From Vicinamibacterales bacterium (GTDB lineage Bacteria > Acidobacteriota > Vicinamibacteria > Vicinamibacterales > 2-12-FULL-66-21), in the NCBI GenBank assembly GCA_035495555.1, contig DATJFQ010000098.1, positions 12,325 to 76,324 on the forward strand: a stretch of 64,000 nucleotides of DNA, given 5' to 3'. Below are positions 35,999-45,375 of the stretch, in pieces. Below the pieces are notes generated by a model that did not search any database, was not told the origin of the DNA, and saw only the letters and a program-made list of their open reading frames with translations. Every line of letters begins with the position of its first letter. Within the stretch, counting starts at the first letter, position 1. The translations under genes and the position numbers were made by a program.

Positions 35999-36865
35999 AT
36001 GATACCTGATTGGGCCGCCTGGCGCGTGCGGTTCGACGACTTCACCGCACGAAAGACGCGCGCAGCCGCGAGCGCGGCCCTGTTCCCGCTGGTCACGACC
36101 CTCGAAAACCCCGACGATCGATTGCAACCTGTCGGGAGCGAGTGGTCGCGGCGTCTCTTCAACGGCGCGTTCTACGTCGCGCACCCGCCGGACGCGCAGC
36201 GGCCGGCATGTTCGCTCGTCTTCGTGCAATCCGCCGATGGGAACACGGGCGCCGACGAGCCGGGGACGCTGGGCGGCGGCGAGACGGACAAGCACCTCAT
36301 TTACGAAGGACTTTCGCGGGTTGCCGCCGATGCCGTGCTGGCCGGCGCAGGTACGGTGCGCGGCACCGACGTCGTATTCTCAGTCTGGCATCCCGAGATC
36401 GTCGCGCTGCGCGCCTCGCTGGGGCTACCGCGCCATCCCGTCCAGATCATCGCCACGAATCGCGGGCTGGACTTCGACGGGCACCTCATGTTCAACGTGC
36501 CGGACCTGCGGGTCGTGCTCCTGACCGGGCCGTCTGTGCCCTCCACGATGCACGATCGGATTCGCGAACGGCCGTGGATTCTCGAGGTGCCGCTGCCTGC
36601 AGCCGGACTGCGCGATGCCTTCGAACGGCTGTACGCGATGGGTATCGGCCGCGTGTCGTGCGTCGGCGGCCGCACGCTCGCTCGTGAATTGCTGGCGGGC
36701 CGGCTCGTGGACGACGTCTATCTGACGACGGCGCCACAGCCTGGCGGACAGCCGGACACCGCGATCGCGCCGTGGCCGTGGCGCGGTCGCGTGGTGGTTC
36801 GAAAACACGGCACCGGGCCGGACGCCGGGGTGGTGTTCGAACAGGTGGTGCCGCACACGCCATGA
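35999..36865 (+). CDS. RibD C-terminal-domain/dihydrofolate-reductase-like reductase
   Basis: ATG at 35999. Pattern ..VFVQSADG......G.LGGGETDKHLIYEGLSRVAADAVLAGAGTVR and C-terminal ..VGGRTLARELLAGRLVDDVYLT.AP, typical of the RibD_C fold. Confidence 0.65.
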   Translation: MIPDWAAWRVRFDDFTARKTRAAASAALFPLVTTLENPDDRLQPVGSEWSRRLFNGAFYVAHPPDAQRPACSLVFVQSADGNTGADEPGTLGGGETDKHLIYEGLSRVAADAVLAGAGTVRGTDVVFSVWHPEIVALRASLGLPRHPVQIIATNRGLDFDGHLMFNVPDLRVVLLTGPSVPSTMHDRIRERPWILEVPLPAAGLRDAFERLYAMGIGRVSCVGGRTLARELLAGRLVDDVYLTTAPQPGGQPDTAIAPWPWRGRVVVRKHGTGPDAGVVFEQVVPHTP

Positions 36866-36889
36866 CGATGAGGCCGAAGGCGCGGGTCG

Positions 36890-37903
36890 TCAGTCCGTCG
36901 CCGCACCGTCGAACAGCGGCTCGCACGCGCGCGTCTCCGCTCCGTGCTCCGTACATACCGCGAAGCGGGCTTCGCAGTACAGAGAAACGCCGGCACAGGC
37001 TCCCGACGCACTGAGCACGTAGAAGATCACGTTGAAGTTCGGGCGGCCGCGCGAGTTCAGGAGGCGCGGTTCAAGGGTGTTCGCCGAAATCCGGCGCAGC
37101 GCCTCCAATCCCGCATCCTTCGGGTGCATCCCCCGGCGCATGCACTCCACAATCAGGAACGAGCTGACACCGTAGATGTTCGCCTCCCCGCGGCCGGTCG
37201 AGCCTGCCGCGCCGACAGCGTTGTCCACGTACAGTCCCGCACCGATGATCGGTGAATCACCCACACGGCCGGGCATCTTCCACGCGAGCCCGCTCGTCGT
37301 CGTTACGCACGCGAGGTCGCCCGCGGCGTCCACGGCGCTGCAATGGATCGTCCCGTAGAAGTGATTCGGATCAATCCAGCCGCCGGCAATCATCTCGAGT
37401 TCGATGCGCCGCAACAGCTCCGGCCGCGACAGATCCGGCGTGTCACACGCATCCACGCGGCGTTTCCATTCCTGCCAGATAGCGCGCGAGCGTGGCGAAT
37501 TCAGATCGGGCAGCACCTCGAGTCCCATCTTGCGCGCGAATTCGCGGGCGCCAGGTCCGGCGAGCAGGTGGTGATCGGTATGATCCATCACGAGCTGCGC
37601 GACGCGGGCGGCCGTGGGCACCCCCTCGAGCGCGGCGACCGCACCTGCGCGTTTTCTCGGACCGTGCATGCAGCTCGCGTCGAGCTGAACGACGCCCTCG
37701 TCGTTCGGGAGTCCGCCAAACCCCACACTCGTTTCGTCCGGATCGAGCTCGACAATCGTTACCCCTTCGACAACGGCTTCGAGCACGTCACGGCCAGCCG
37801 CCAGCAATGAGAAGGCGCGCTCGACACATGTGTCCGGGCCGCCATTGCGGAAATGATGACCGTTTGCCGACGCGATGACGATGGGAGAGCGCGATGCGGT
37901 CAT
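36890..37903 (-). CDS. Ntn-hydrolase of the asparaginase-2 family (isoaspartyl peptidase / glycosylasparaginase-like)
   Basis: YGTIHCSAVD (Thr nucleophile context) and TTTSGLAWKMPGRVGDSPIIGAGLYVDN..GAAGSTGRGE. Start uncertain (37903, 37933 or 37975). Confidence 0.8.
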   Translation of the reverse strand: MTASRSPIVIASANGHHFRNGGPDTCVERAFSLLAAGRDVLEAVVEGVTIVELDPDETSVGFGGLPNDEGVVQLDASCMHGPRKRAGAVAALEGVPTAARVAQLVMDHTDHHLLAGPGAREFARKMGLEVLPDLNSPRSRAIWQEWKRRVDACDTPDLSRPELLRRIELEMIAGGWIDPNHFYGTIHCSAVDAAGDLACVTTTSGLAWKMPGRVGDSPIIGAGLYVDNAVGAAGSTGRGEANIYGVSSFLIVECMRRGMHPKDAGLEALRRISANTLEPRLLNSRGRPNFNVIFYVLSASGACAGVSLYCEARFAVCTEHGAETRACEPLFDGAATD

Positions 37904-37980
37904 CGGGCGGATCGGCCGAGTAGTGTAGTGCATCCGTTGACGCTGAGGTCGCCGGGCTGTACGATCAGCGCTCAACCCCG

Positions 37981-38949
37981 ATGGCTCGTTCGATCTCTAT
38001 TGACACTATCCGCGATGCGGCGCGCGTCGTCTATGACGCGGCGCTCCGCACTCCACTGATCTCGATTGGGCAGCTCCAGAGCGACGGCCCTGAGATTTTT
38101 CTCAAACTCGAGGTGCTGCAGCCGATCGGGTCGTTCAAGATCCGCGGCGCCTACAACGCCGTGCGGCAACTGCCCGCATCCACCCTGGAGCAGGGCGTCT
38201 GGACGGTCAGCGCTGGCAACGCCGCTCAGGGGGTCGCGCTCGCGGCGAAAAAGGCAGGGGCGAGGTGCAGCGTGATGGTGATGGACACCGCGCCCGACAC
38301 GAAGCTCCGCGCAATCGACCGCCTCGGTGCCGCAATCGTGAAAGCCTCGTACACCGAGTGCTGGCAGACCGTCACCGATCATCGTTCGCCGCGCATGACC
38401 GGTCATTTCGTGCACCCGTTCGACGATGACGCGTTCATCAGCGGGAACGGGACTGTTGCGCTCGAAATCCTCGAGGACGTGCCCGATGCCGACGCGGTGG
38501 TCGCACCCGTCGGCGGCGGCGGTCTTCTGGCGGGCATAGGCGTCGCGTTTCGGGCGCTGCGCCCGAGCGCTGCGGTCTACGCGGCGGAACCCGCAACGGC
38601 TGCGCCGCTCGCGCGATCATTTCAGCGTGGCCGGGCGAGCGAGTTCGACGAATGGGAGGCGTCGTTTGTCGACGGTGCCGGCGGACGCTCGGTGCTGACG
38701 ACCATGTGGCCGCTGCTCCAGGAGTACGTCAACGAGTCGATGGTCGTCTCGCTCGACGACGCGGCGGCCGCGATGCGGCTCGTCGCCGAACGCGCGCGCG
38801 TCATCGCCGAAGGTGCTGCGGCGTGCGCCGTCGCCGCCGCCGTCTCGCCGCACATGGCCCGCAAGGGACACAAGAAGGTCGTCGCCGTCGTGTCGGGCGG
38901 CAACGTCGATCTCTCGCGATTCGCCAAGCTCGTCGGCGCCTGTCAGTAG
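37981..38949 (+). CDS. PLP-dependent threonine/serine dehydratase-family enzyme
   Basis: LQPIGSFKIRGAYN (PLP lysine), SAGNAAQGVA and GGGGLLAG glycine loop. 322 aa with no ACT domain. Confidence 0.85.
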   Translation: MARSISIDTIRDAARVVYDAALRTPLISIGQLQSDGPEIFLKLEVLQPIGSFKIRGAYNAVRQLPASTLEQGVWTVSAGNAAQGVALAAKKAGARCSVMVMDTAPDTKLRAIDRLGAAIVKASYTECWQTVTDHRSPRMTGHFVHPFDDDAFISGNGTVALEILEDVPDADAVVAPVGGGGLLAGIGVAFRALRPSAAVYAAEPATAAPLARSFQRGRASEFDEWEASFVDGAGGRSVLTTMWPLLQEYVNESMVVSLDDAAAAMRLVAERARVIAEGAAACAVAAAVSPHMARKGHKKVVAVVSGGNVDLSRFAKLVGACQ

Positions 38950-38994
38950 CACCTCAGGCCGACGTACACTGAAGCGTTCTCCCAACACCCAACG

Positions 38995-41139
38995 ATGATG
39001 AATCCGGCCGCCATTCCAGTCCCCGAACGCCTTCGTCGCCTCCCCGAACTTGCCATGGATCTCTGGTGGACGTGGAATCCTGAAGCCCGAGAGGTCTTCC
39101 GTCAGCTCGACTACGAGCTGTGGCGCGAGACGGCACACAACCCCGTGCTCATGTTGCGCAAGATTGCCCAAACCCAGCTCGACACGCTGGCAACCGACGC
39201 TGGTTTCCTCGCGGTGTACGACGCCGCGATCGCAGCGCTGGACGATGCACGCGCGGCGCGGCACACGTGGTGGCAGGACCGGTTCGGCAGTTTATCGGGG
39301 CCGATTGCCTATTTCTCGGCGGAGTTCGCTCTGCACCAATCGCTGCCGATCTACGCCGGGGGACTCGGCGTGCTGGCGGGGGACCACTGTAAGGAAGCCA
39401 GTGATCTCGGTTTGCCGCTCATCGGTGTCGGATTCATGTACCCGCAAGGGTACTTTCATCAGAGCGTGTCGCCGGAAGGGTGGCAGCAGGAGTCCTACGA
39501 GAAGCTCTCGTGGGCGGATGCGCCGATCGAACCGGCGGTCAGTGCCGATGGCAATCCGTGCATCGTCCCGGTGCCGCTCGGCAATCGGAGTGTGCTCGTC
39601 CAGGTATGGCGGGTGCGGCTCGGGCGCGTGAAGCTGTATCTCCTCGATACCGATCTCGAAGAAAACGCGCCGTGGGACCGCGACCTGTCCGCCAGGCTCT
39701 ACGGCGGCGACCGCGAGACGCGGATCCAACAGGAGATCATCCTCGGCGTTGGCGGAGTGCGTGCGCTGAAGGCGCTCGGCTCGTCGCCCGCCGTGTGGCA
39801 CCTCAACGAAGGTCACGCGGCCTTTGTCGTCCTGCAGCGCATTCGCGACCTGATTGAGACCGGGCTGTCGTTCGACCAGGCGTTGGAAGACGTGCGGCGG
39901 ACGACGATTTTCACGACGCACACGCCGGTCCCCGCGGGCCATGACGCGTTTCCGTTCAACCTCGTCGAGACGCATCTCGCCGGTTGCTGGGGCACGCTCG
40001 GCGCGTACCGCGATCGGTTTCTGCAGCTGGGCGCGTACGACAACGGGGCGGGAATGCAGTTCAACATGACGGCACTCGCGCTGCGGACGGCGAACGGCGT
40101 GAACGCGGTCAGCCAGCTGCACGGGGTGGTCACGCGCGAGATGTGGGGCCCGATCTGGCCCGGGACGCCGGAACCGGAGCGGCCGGTGCGAGCCATCACG
40201 AACGGCGTTCACATGCCGACGTGGCTCTCGCACGAGATGGCGCGGCTCTTCGACGCGTATTTTCCGCCCGGCTGGCGCGACTCTGCCGACGATCCGGCCG
40301 TGTGGCAGCACGTCTTCGACGTCCCCGACGACGCGCTGTGGGCGGCGCGCAGCGCGCTGCGGCAGTATCTGTTCACGTTCATCCGCGAGCGGTCGCGGCA
40401 GCGGTGGCGCGACGAACACGTGACCGCCGCGCGCGTCGTCGCGTCGGGCACGCTGCTCGATCCGGGGGCGCTGACGATTGGATTCGCGCGCCGGTTCACC
40501 GGTTACAAGCGTCCGGAGTTGATCTTCCGCGACGCCGACCGCCTGCAGCGCATCCTCAATGCTCCGGGGCGCGCCGTGCAGATCGTGTTCGCGGGCAAGG
40601 CGCACCCGGCAGACGAAACCGGGAAGCACCACCTGCAGCAGGTGTATCGGAGGGCGGTCGACCCGGTGTTTGCAGGACGCGTCGCGTTCGTCGACGACTA
40701 CGACCTCCACGTCGCGCACTTCCTCGTGCAGGGCTGTGACGTCTGGTTGAACAATCCGCGCAAGCCGCTCGAAGCCAGCGGCACGAGCGGGATGAAGGCG
40801 TCGGCGAATGGCGTCCCGCACTTCTCGATCGGCGACGGCTGGTGGGCCGAAGGCTACACCGGCCAGAACGGCTGGTTGATCGACGCGCAAGCGCCGGGCG
40901 GCGATGCGGACACGCAGGATGCCGCGGACGCGAACGCGATTTACGAGACGCTCGAACGGGAAATCGTTCCGCGGTTCTACGATCGGGACCGCGGTACCGG
41001 CGTATCTCACCGGTGGCTCGAGGTCGTCCGAGAGGCCATCGCCACCGTGTCGCCGCGCTTCAGCGCCAGGCGTATGGTGAAGCAGTACGCGCAGGAACTG
41101 TACGCGCCGGCGATGGAGTCGCGAACCGTGAACCGTTAG
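38995..41139 (+). CDS. glgP: alpha-glucan phosphorylase (GT35, short bacterial type)
   Basis: 714 aa: LPIYAGGLGVLAGDH, WHLNEGHAAF, LTIGFARRF..YKR, EASGTSGMKA..NG. Confidence 0.9.
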   Translation: MMNPAAIPVPERLRRLPELAMDLWWTWNPEAREVFRQLDYELWRETAHNPVLMLRKIAQTQLDTLATDAGFLAVYDAAIAALDDARAARHTWWQDRFGSLSGPIAYFSAEFALHQSLPIYAGGLGVLAGDHCKEASDLGLPLIGVGFMYPQGYFHQSVSPEGWQQESYEKLSWADAPIEPAVSADGNPCIVPVPLGNRSVLVQVWRVRLGRVKLYLLDTDLEENAPWDRDLSARLYGGDRETRIQQEIILGVGGVRALKALGSSPAVWHLNEGHAAFVVLQRIRDLIETGLSFDQALEDVRRTTIFTTHTPVPAGHDAFPFNLVETHLAGCWGTLGAYRDRFLQLGAYDNGAGMQFNMTALALRTANGVNAVSQLHGVVTREMWGPIWPGTPEPERPVRAITNGVHMPTWLSHEMARLFDAYFPPGWRDSADDPAVWQHVFDVPDDALWAARSALRQYLFTFIRERSRQRWRDEHVTAARVVASGTLLDPGALTIGFARRFTGYKRPELIFRDADRLQRILNAPGRAVQIVFAGKAHPADETGKHHLQQVYRRAVDPVFAGRVAFVDDYDLHVAHFLVQGCDVWLNNPRKPLEASGTSGMKASANGVPHFSIGDGWWAEGYTGQNGWLIDAQAPGGDADTQDAADANAIYETLEREIVPRFYDRDRGTGVSHRWLEVVREAIATVSPRFSARRMVKQYAQELYAPAMESRTVNR

Positions 41140-41210
41140 GCCTTTTGCCGTGGCCGGCAGAAGCCGCTACGGCTGGCCTCCACGGCAGACGCCTCTGCTA
41201 CACTGATCGG

Positions 41211-41669
41211 ATGCCACGCAAGTCTGTCGCCCAGTCGCGCTGCGCGCTGTGCGGCGCGAAGGAGATCTCGGAGCCGCGCGGTGAAGAGCGCTACTGCCGC
41301 GACTGCTGGGACAAGAAGATCGCCGTCGAGGAAATCGTCGCGCGCGAGTTCGCGCTGAAGCGCTACATCCGCGCGCACTCCGCCGAGAAATATCTGGTCT
41401 ACCACTCGACGCTGAAGCGTCCCTGCGGCCAGTTGATCGTCGTCGACGACGGGTACGATTTGTTCCTGACGGTGGTGCTCTACCCGACCTTCGCCTGGGA
41501 AGAGCCGGCGTATCACCTCGAAGGAGATCCGGAGGGACGGACCTTCGCGGAAATCCTGGTCGACGTCATCGCGGCGGAAGTGATCGAGCCGTGGGGCGGC
41601 GGCAAATGGCACCTGGAGATCTTCCGGGCGTCGAATCCGGAACCCGAGGACTGGAACGGCGAACTCTAG
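41211..41669 (+). CDS. hypothetical protein with N-terminal CxxC..CxxC zinc-ribbon
   Basis: ATG at 41211 lies 6 nt after TACACT. CALCG..x13..CRDC. No family recognised. The upstream part of ORF 40842.. overlaps glgP and is spurious. Confidence 0.5.
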   Translation: MPRKSVAQSRCALCGAKEISEPRGEERYCRDCWDKKIAVEEIVAREFALKRYIRAHSAEKYLVYHSTLKRPCGQLIVVDDGYDLFLTVVLYPTFAWEEPAYHLEGDPEGRTFAEILVDVIAAEVIEPWGGGKWHLEIFRASNPEPEDWNGEL

Positions 41670-41689
41670 CGGCCGATGCTGCCGGGGCG

Positions 41690-41695
41690 TATAAT
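41690..41695 (+). promoter_or_regulatory. candidate -10 box TATAAT
   Basis: Perfect TATAAT 48 nt before the GGGAGG-ATG at 41744. Confidence 0.35.
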
Positions 41696-41743
41696 GCGGC
41701 GCGGACGCTGCAACCCCAGGCAGCTCTCTCCCGGGAGGTCGCC

Positions 41744-42199
41744 ATGACTCGTTCCGCGTTCGTTGCCGCCGCGGCTGTCTGCATATCCGCGCTGGCTTGT
41801 CCCTCTTTTGCACAGGCGCCGAAACCTGCGACGCCGACCACGACCGCGCCGGCGACTCCGGCCAAGTGGGTGAAGCCGGTCAAAGGTACCGCCTTCATCG
41901 AAGTCATTCGTGGCCAGACCAAACGCGTCGGCAACGACATGGTGACCGCGCTCAAGGTCAAGAACACGTCGGACGGCGCGATCGCGCTGTTCCGCGTCGA
42001 CGAAATCTGGTACGACCACAAGCTGAAACAGGTAACGGGTGACAGCTTCACCAGTCACAAGCCGCTCAATCCCGGCGAGGTCCTGGACGTGACGCTGAAG
42101 TCCCCGGTCAAGCCGGATCTGTATCAGAGCCAGTACGCGTTCAGCCACGCGAACGGCAAGGTCGACGCGAAGCAGGTCAAGAAGTTCGAAGGCAAATAG
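41744..42199 (+). CDS. secreted hypothetical protein
   Basis: GGGAGG precedes the ATG. Signal peptide MTRSAFVAAAAVCISALACPSFAQA, a Pro/Thr linker and a ~100-aa beta-rich domain. Confidence 0.6.
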   Translation: MTRSAFVAAAAVCISALACPSFAQAPKPATPTTTAPATPAKWVKPVKGTAFIEVIRGQTKRVGNDMVTALKVKNTSDGAIALFRVDEIWYDHKLKQVTGDSFTSHKPLNPGEVLDVTLKSPVKPDLYQSQYAFSHANGKVDAKQVKKFEGK

Positions 42200-42282
42200 C
42201 CACTCCAACTCCCAATTCCCAACTCCCAATTCGCAATTAGATTCAGCAATCTTGGGAGTTGGGAGTTGGGAATTGGGAGTTC
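42200..42282. repeat. inverted heptamer hairpin, TTGGGAR family
   Basis: CCACTCCAACTCCCAATTCCCAACTCCCAATTCGCAATT ... AATCTTGGGAGTTGGGAGTTGGGAATTGGGAGTTC. Between convergent genes; the right arm encodes the C-terminal tail of the minus-strand gene. Confidence 0.9.
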
Positions 42283-43151
42283 TCCGCGCCCGGCGTCCGG
42301 GAGTTGATGCGCCGGGCGGCGAGCCCCTCTGCCCATCTCCCCGCAATCGGCAGCTTCCACGCGCGGCCTTTCCACGCCTGCCACATCAGCACGGCCCAGA
42401 GCACGAGCAGCGCCATCCACGCCACAGTGGCCACCCGTACCATGACCGCCAGGCCGTTCGCCGTGAAGAAGACGGACACCAGCGCGATCACATAGCAGAG
42501 CGCCACAAATACGGCAAAGGCGCCGAGCGCGATCACCGATTGCCACGCATGAAAGCGGACGAACGGCTGCTCCGGTTCCGCCACGAGCATAACGACGCCT
42601 GAGACCGGACCCGCGAGATAGGACAGGACGCCGGCCGTGCGCGGGCGAAGTCCTGTTGAAGAGTTGCGCGAATGCGCGCCCCTCGTGATGCGGTCGATCG
42701 GCTCCGTCCGTTGGGCAATCGCCGTATGTCGTGCGTCGGTCCACCGGATCTCGCCATCGACCCGCGGCAGCATGACGATGTGGAACGGCGACGGCGGCAT
42801 CGAGCCCGCTACACCGGACGCGCCCGCGATCGTCGCCTCCGGGTCGCCAGTACGCGGAAGTTGCATCGTCGCGTCCGGGTCGGATCCCGCCCGCCGCTCC
42901 TCCACGACCAGCCTCGTGCCGCCCTCCTCCTCGACGGCGCCGACGATGTCAATCGACCGCGGCGGCGTCTGGGTTCCGCCGAACGCGGCGGCCACCAACG
43001 ATACGGCGAAGTTGACGGCGGGGGTTTCACTCGCCGGTCCTGCGTGGGCGGCCCAGAGTGCGGCCCACTCCTCTGGTGTACGGACGACGACGCGGCGGCG
43101 CTCCGCGATATGGCTCGCGTTTCCTCTTGCGATCGTCGACAGCGTCCTCAT
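42243..43151 (-). CDS. fusion of a PrcB-like domain and a DUF4870-like 3-TM domain, hypothetical
   Basis: N-terminal ..TPEEWAALWAAHAG....VNFAVSLVAAAFGG resembles PrcB C-terminal domains. The C-terminal YLAGPVSGVVMLVAEPEQPFVRFHAWQS plus hydrophobic helices resembles DUF4870. Its ATG overlaps the VWA gene stop. Confidence 0.5.
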   Translation of the reverse strand: MRTLSTIARGNASHIAERRRVVVRTPEEWAALWAAHAGPASETPAVNFAVSLVAAAFGGTQTPPRSIDIVGAVEEEGGTRLVVEERRAGSDPDATMQLPRTGDPEATIAGASGVAGSMPPSPFHIVMLPRVDGEIRWTDARHTAIAQRTEPIDRITRGAHSRNSSTGLRPRTAGVLSYLAGPVSGVVMLVAEPEQPFVRFHAWQSVIALGAFAVFVALCYVIALVSVFFTANGLAVMVRVATVAWMALLVLWAVLMWQAWKGRAWKLPIAGRWAEGLAARRINSRTPGAENSQFPTPNSQDC

Positions 43152-45247
43152 CGGACGCGGAACTCGACTTCGCGCGAGACGCTGTCACCCTTGCCGACCA
43201 GCGACTTCGCCTCCACGCGAAGCACGTACCGCCCGGGTCCGAGGCCGCTCAGCGGGATGTTGCCCGTGTACCCGTAGCCGCCGGCCGAGCCTTTCAGCTC
43301 GTCGCTGCTTCGTTCATCGGCCCGACTGAAGACCACTTTGCCATCGTCGGCAAGGACGGAGGCGGTGATAGCGACGCGATGCGGCGTTTTCGGCAGGTTG
43401 TCGTAGACCTCCGCGAACATCGCGAGCTGGTCGTTCGATGGGAACTCGCGCATGGCCGTTGGCGGCCCCGGCAACACGTCCTTGAACTCGTTGCCCGAAG
43501 GATCGCCCGACGCCGTCGGCACGCGCGTGCCGGAGGCCGACGTGATGACGATGCCGCTCATCGTCAGCGGCGCCTTCGAGAAGTCCGGCGCTTCGAAATC
43601 GAAGAACACGGTTCCGAGCAGACCGCTGTTCGATTCCCGCGCGCCGATGCGAACCGAGTACTTGCCGGGCGGGATCTGCAGCTTGCGGACGACGCGGAAG
43701 CTTCCTTTCGAGACGACTTCGTGCGTCGCTGGCTTCAGGCGAAGGTTGAGGACGTCCTGCGCGCCGTCCTGAATCTTGCCTTTCTGATCGGCGGCATACA
43801 TCGAGATCTCGAGGTCGTCGGTGAAGAGGCCTTCCGGCGACTGCTTGAATGGCAATCTGGTGCCGTCGATTTCGAGCGCGATCGCCACCGCATCCTTGGG
43901 GGCGGCGCCACGGAAGGCCGCGGCGAAGGCGTGCACCGTGAGGCCGCTCACCCCGACAGGACTGTCCATCGCCTCCCGGAGTTCCGGAGAGCCCTTCCCT
44001 TCCGTCGGTTTCGCAGCAGCCGCTTTGCCCTTTGGTGCGTAGTATCCCTTCCGCGCGCGGACTCGCAACCCGGGTTTCAGCACCTTGATTTGAACGCTGC
44101 GGAACTTCCCGTCGCGGTTCTCGTTCGTCGGGTAGTAGCCGAGCACGTAGTAGCTGCTGTTGTCGTCGAGAATCCGGCCGAAGGCGTTCGTGAAGTCGTT
44201 CTGGTTGAGGACGGCGAATCCCCCCGTCTGATCCGAGAGCACGCGGAGATTGTCGTGCTGCACGCGCATCTCTTCCATCAGTTGGGTCGAACTGATCGAG
44301 TTGTCCTGAGGGAACGACTGGATCTCGATGAGATCCTCCGTGCCGGACGTCACGCCGCGGGGATCGACGCTGTAGATGCTGACGTTGCCGCGCGTGGCAG
44401 CGGCAATCGTCTGCTGCATCGCGTCCTGCACCTCGGTCGCGTACTTGCCCGCGAACGGGTTGGTCGTGTCGTAATCGATCCCTTCGCTGAAGAACACGAC
44501 GGCCTTGCGGCGGCCGTGAATGCCGTCGAGATAGGTGGCGAGCGCCTTCATCGTGCTCAGCGCGTTGCGCGCCTTCGTGTATCGCTCGAGCTCGTTGGAG
44601 TCAGCCGCCGCCGTGCTGTCGCCCGCGATGCCGCCGGAGTTGTTGCGGTAGTAATCGTCGAGCGCGGCGGTGGTCGCCGAGTCGGCCTTCTGGCCGATCG
44701 CGGTGTCGACCGCGCGAAGCGCGAGCGTGCGATTGCTGGTGAAGTCCTGCACGCCGGAGGAAAATCCGGAGGTATTGATGACGGCCACGAGGTCGTTCGC
44801 CCCGACATAGCGGCTGATGAACAGCCGCGCCGCCGCGCGAACGCGCGCCGTGCGGCTGGGAGCCGTATGCAGATCATCGACGACGATGACGAAGAGCCGC
44901 CCTTCGAACGGACGCGCGTTGGTCGAAACATCCGGTGGGATCGCGGTCTTCGCAAAGAGCGGCGGATCGACGTGCTCGACCGGGATGTCGACGGTGGAGA
45001 ACACGGTCAGCGTCTGCGGCTTGCCGTTCTCCACGATCTGGAAGTCGTCTTTCGTGAGGTTGCGGACGAAGTTGCCCTGGGCATCGGTCACCTGGGCATC
45101 GATCTCGACGTAGTTGACGTCGACCTTGAACGTCAGCGGCGGCTGTCCACCGGCGGGCGGCTGCGGCGGAGCGGGCTGCTGGCCTGCAGGCGCTCCCGCC
45201 AGCAGGAGCGTGAACACGGCGGCTGCAAAACTAGTACGCATCTTCAT
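43148..45247 (-). CDS. VWA-domain protein of the 'VWFA-related acidobacterial' family
   Basis: Signal peptide, then PPLTFKVDVNYVEIDAQVTDAQGNFVRNLTKDDFQIVENGKPQ (family N-terminal signature) and a VWA core (FVIVVDDLH). Confidence 0.85.
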   Translation of the reverse strand: MKMRTSFAAAVFTLLLAGAPAGQQPAPPQPPAGGQPPLTFKVDVNYVEIDAQVTDAQGNFVRNLTKDDFQIVENGKPQTLTVFSTVDIPVEHVDPPLFAKTAIPPDVSTNARPFEGRLFVIVVDDLHTAPSRTARVRAAARLFISRYVGANDLVAVINTSGFSSGVQDFTSNRTLALRAVDTAIGQKADSATTAALDDYYRNNSGGIAGDSTAAADSNELERYTKARNALSTMKALATYLDGIHGRRKAVVFFSEGIDYDTTNPFAGKYATEVQDAMQQTIAAATRGNVSIYSVDPRGVTSGTEDLIEIQSFPQDNSISSTQLMEEMRVQHDNLRVLSDQTGGFAVLNQNDFTNAFGRILDDNSSYYVLGYYPTNENRDGKFRSVQIKVLKPGLRVRARKGYYAPKGKAAAAKPTEGKGSPELREAMDSPVGVSGLTVHAFAAAFRGAAPKDAVAIALEIDGTRLPFKQSPEGLFTDDLEISMYAADQKGKIQDGAQDVLNLRLKPATHEVVSKGSFRVVRKLQIPPGKYSVRIGARESNSGLLGTVFFDFEAPDFSKAPLTMSGIVITSASGTRVPTASGDPSGNEFKDVLPGPPTAMREFPSNDQLAMFAEVYDNLPKTPHRVAITASVLADDGKVVFSRADERSSDELKGSAGGYGYTGNIPLSGLGPGRYVLRVEAKSLVGKGDSVSREVEFRVR

Positions 45248-45363
45248 TTCCCGGTCTCAGGGCACTCGGCGTGACGACTCGCACCATCATTTATACGCTA
45301 ACGACAAAGGCGGCAACGAGTTAGGCAAGAGCCCATCCGGGCCGCGCGCGGCCGGGAAACGTC

Positions 45364-45369
45364 TATACT
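45364..45369 (+). promoter_or_regulatory. candidate -10 box TATACT, 6 nt before the ATG (possible leaderless mRNA)
   Basis: TATACT-CATCAC-ATG read directly. No SD between them. Confidence 0.3.
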
Positions 45370-45375
45370 CATCAC

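Noticed and set aside
40842-41210. Upstream extension of the zinc-ribbon ORF
   Set aside because: It overlaps the 3' end of glgP in another frame and is Arg-rich. ATG 41211 lies after the glgP stop.
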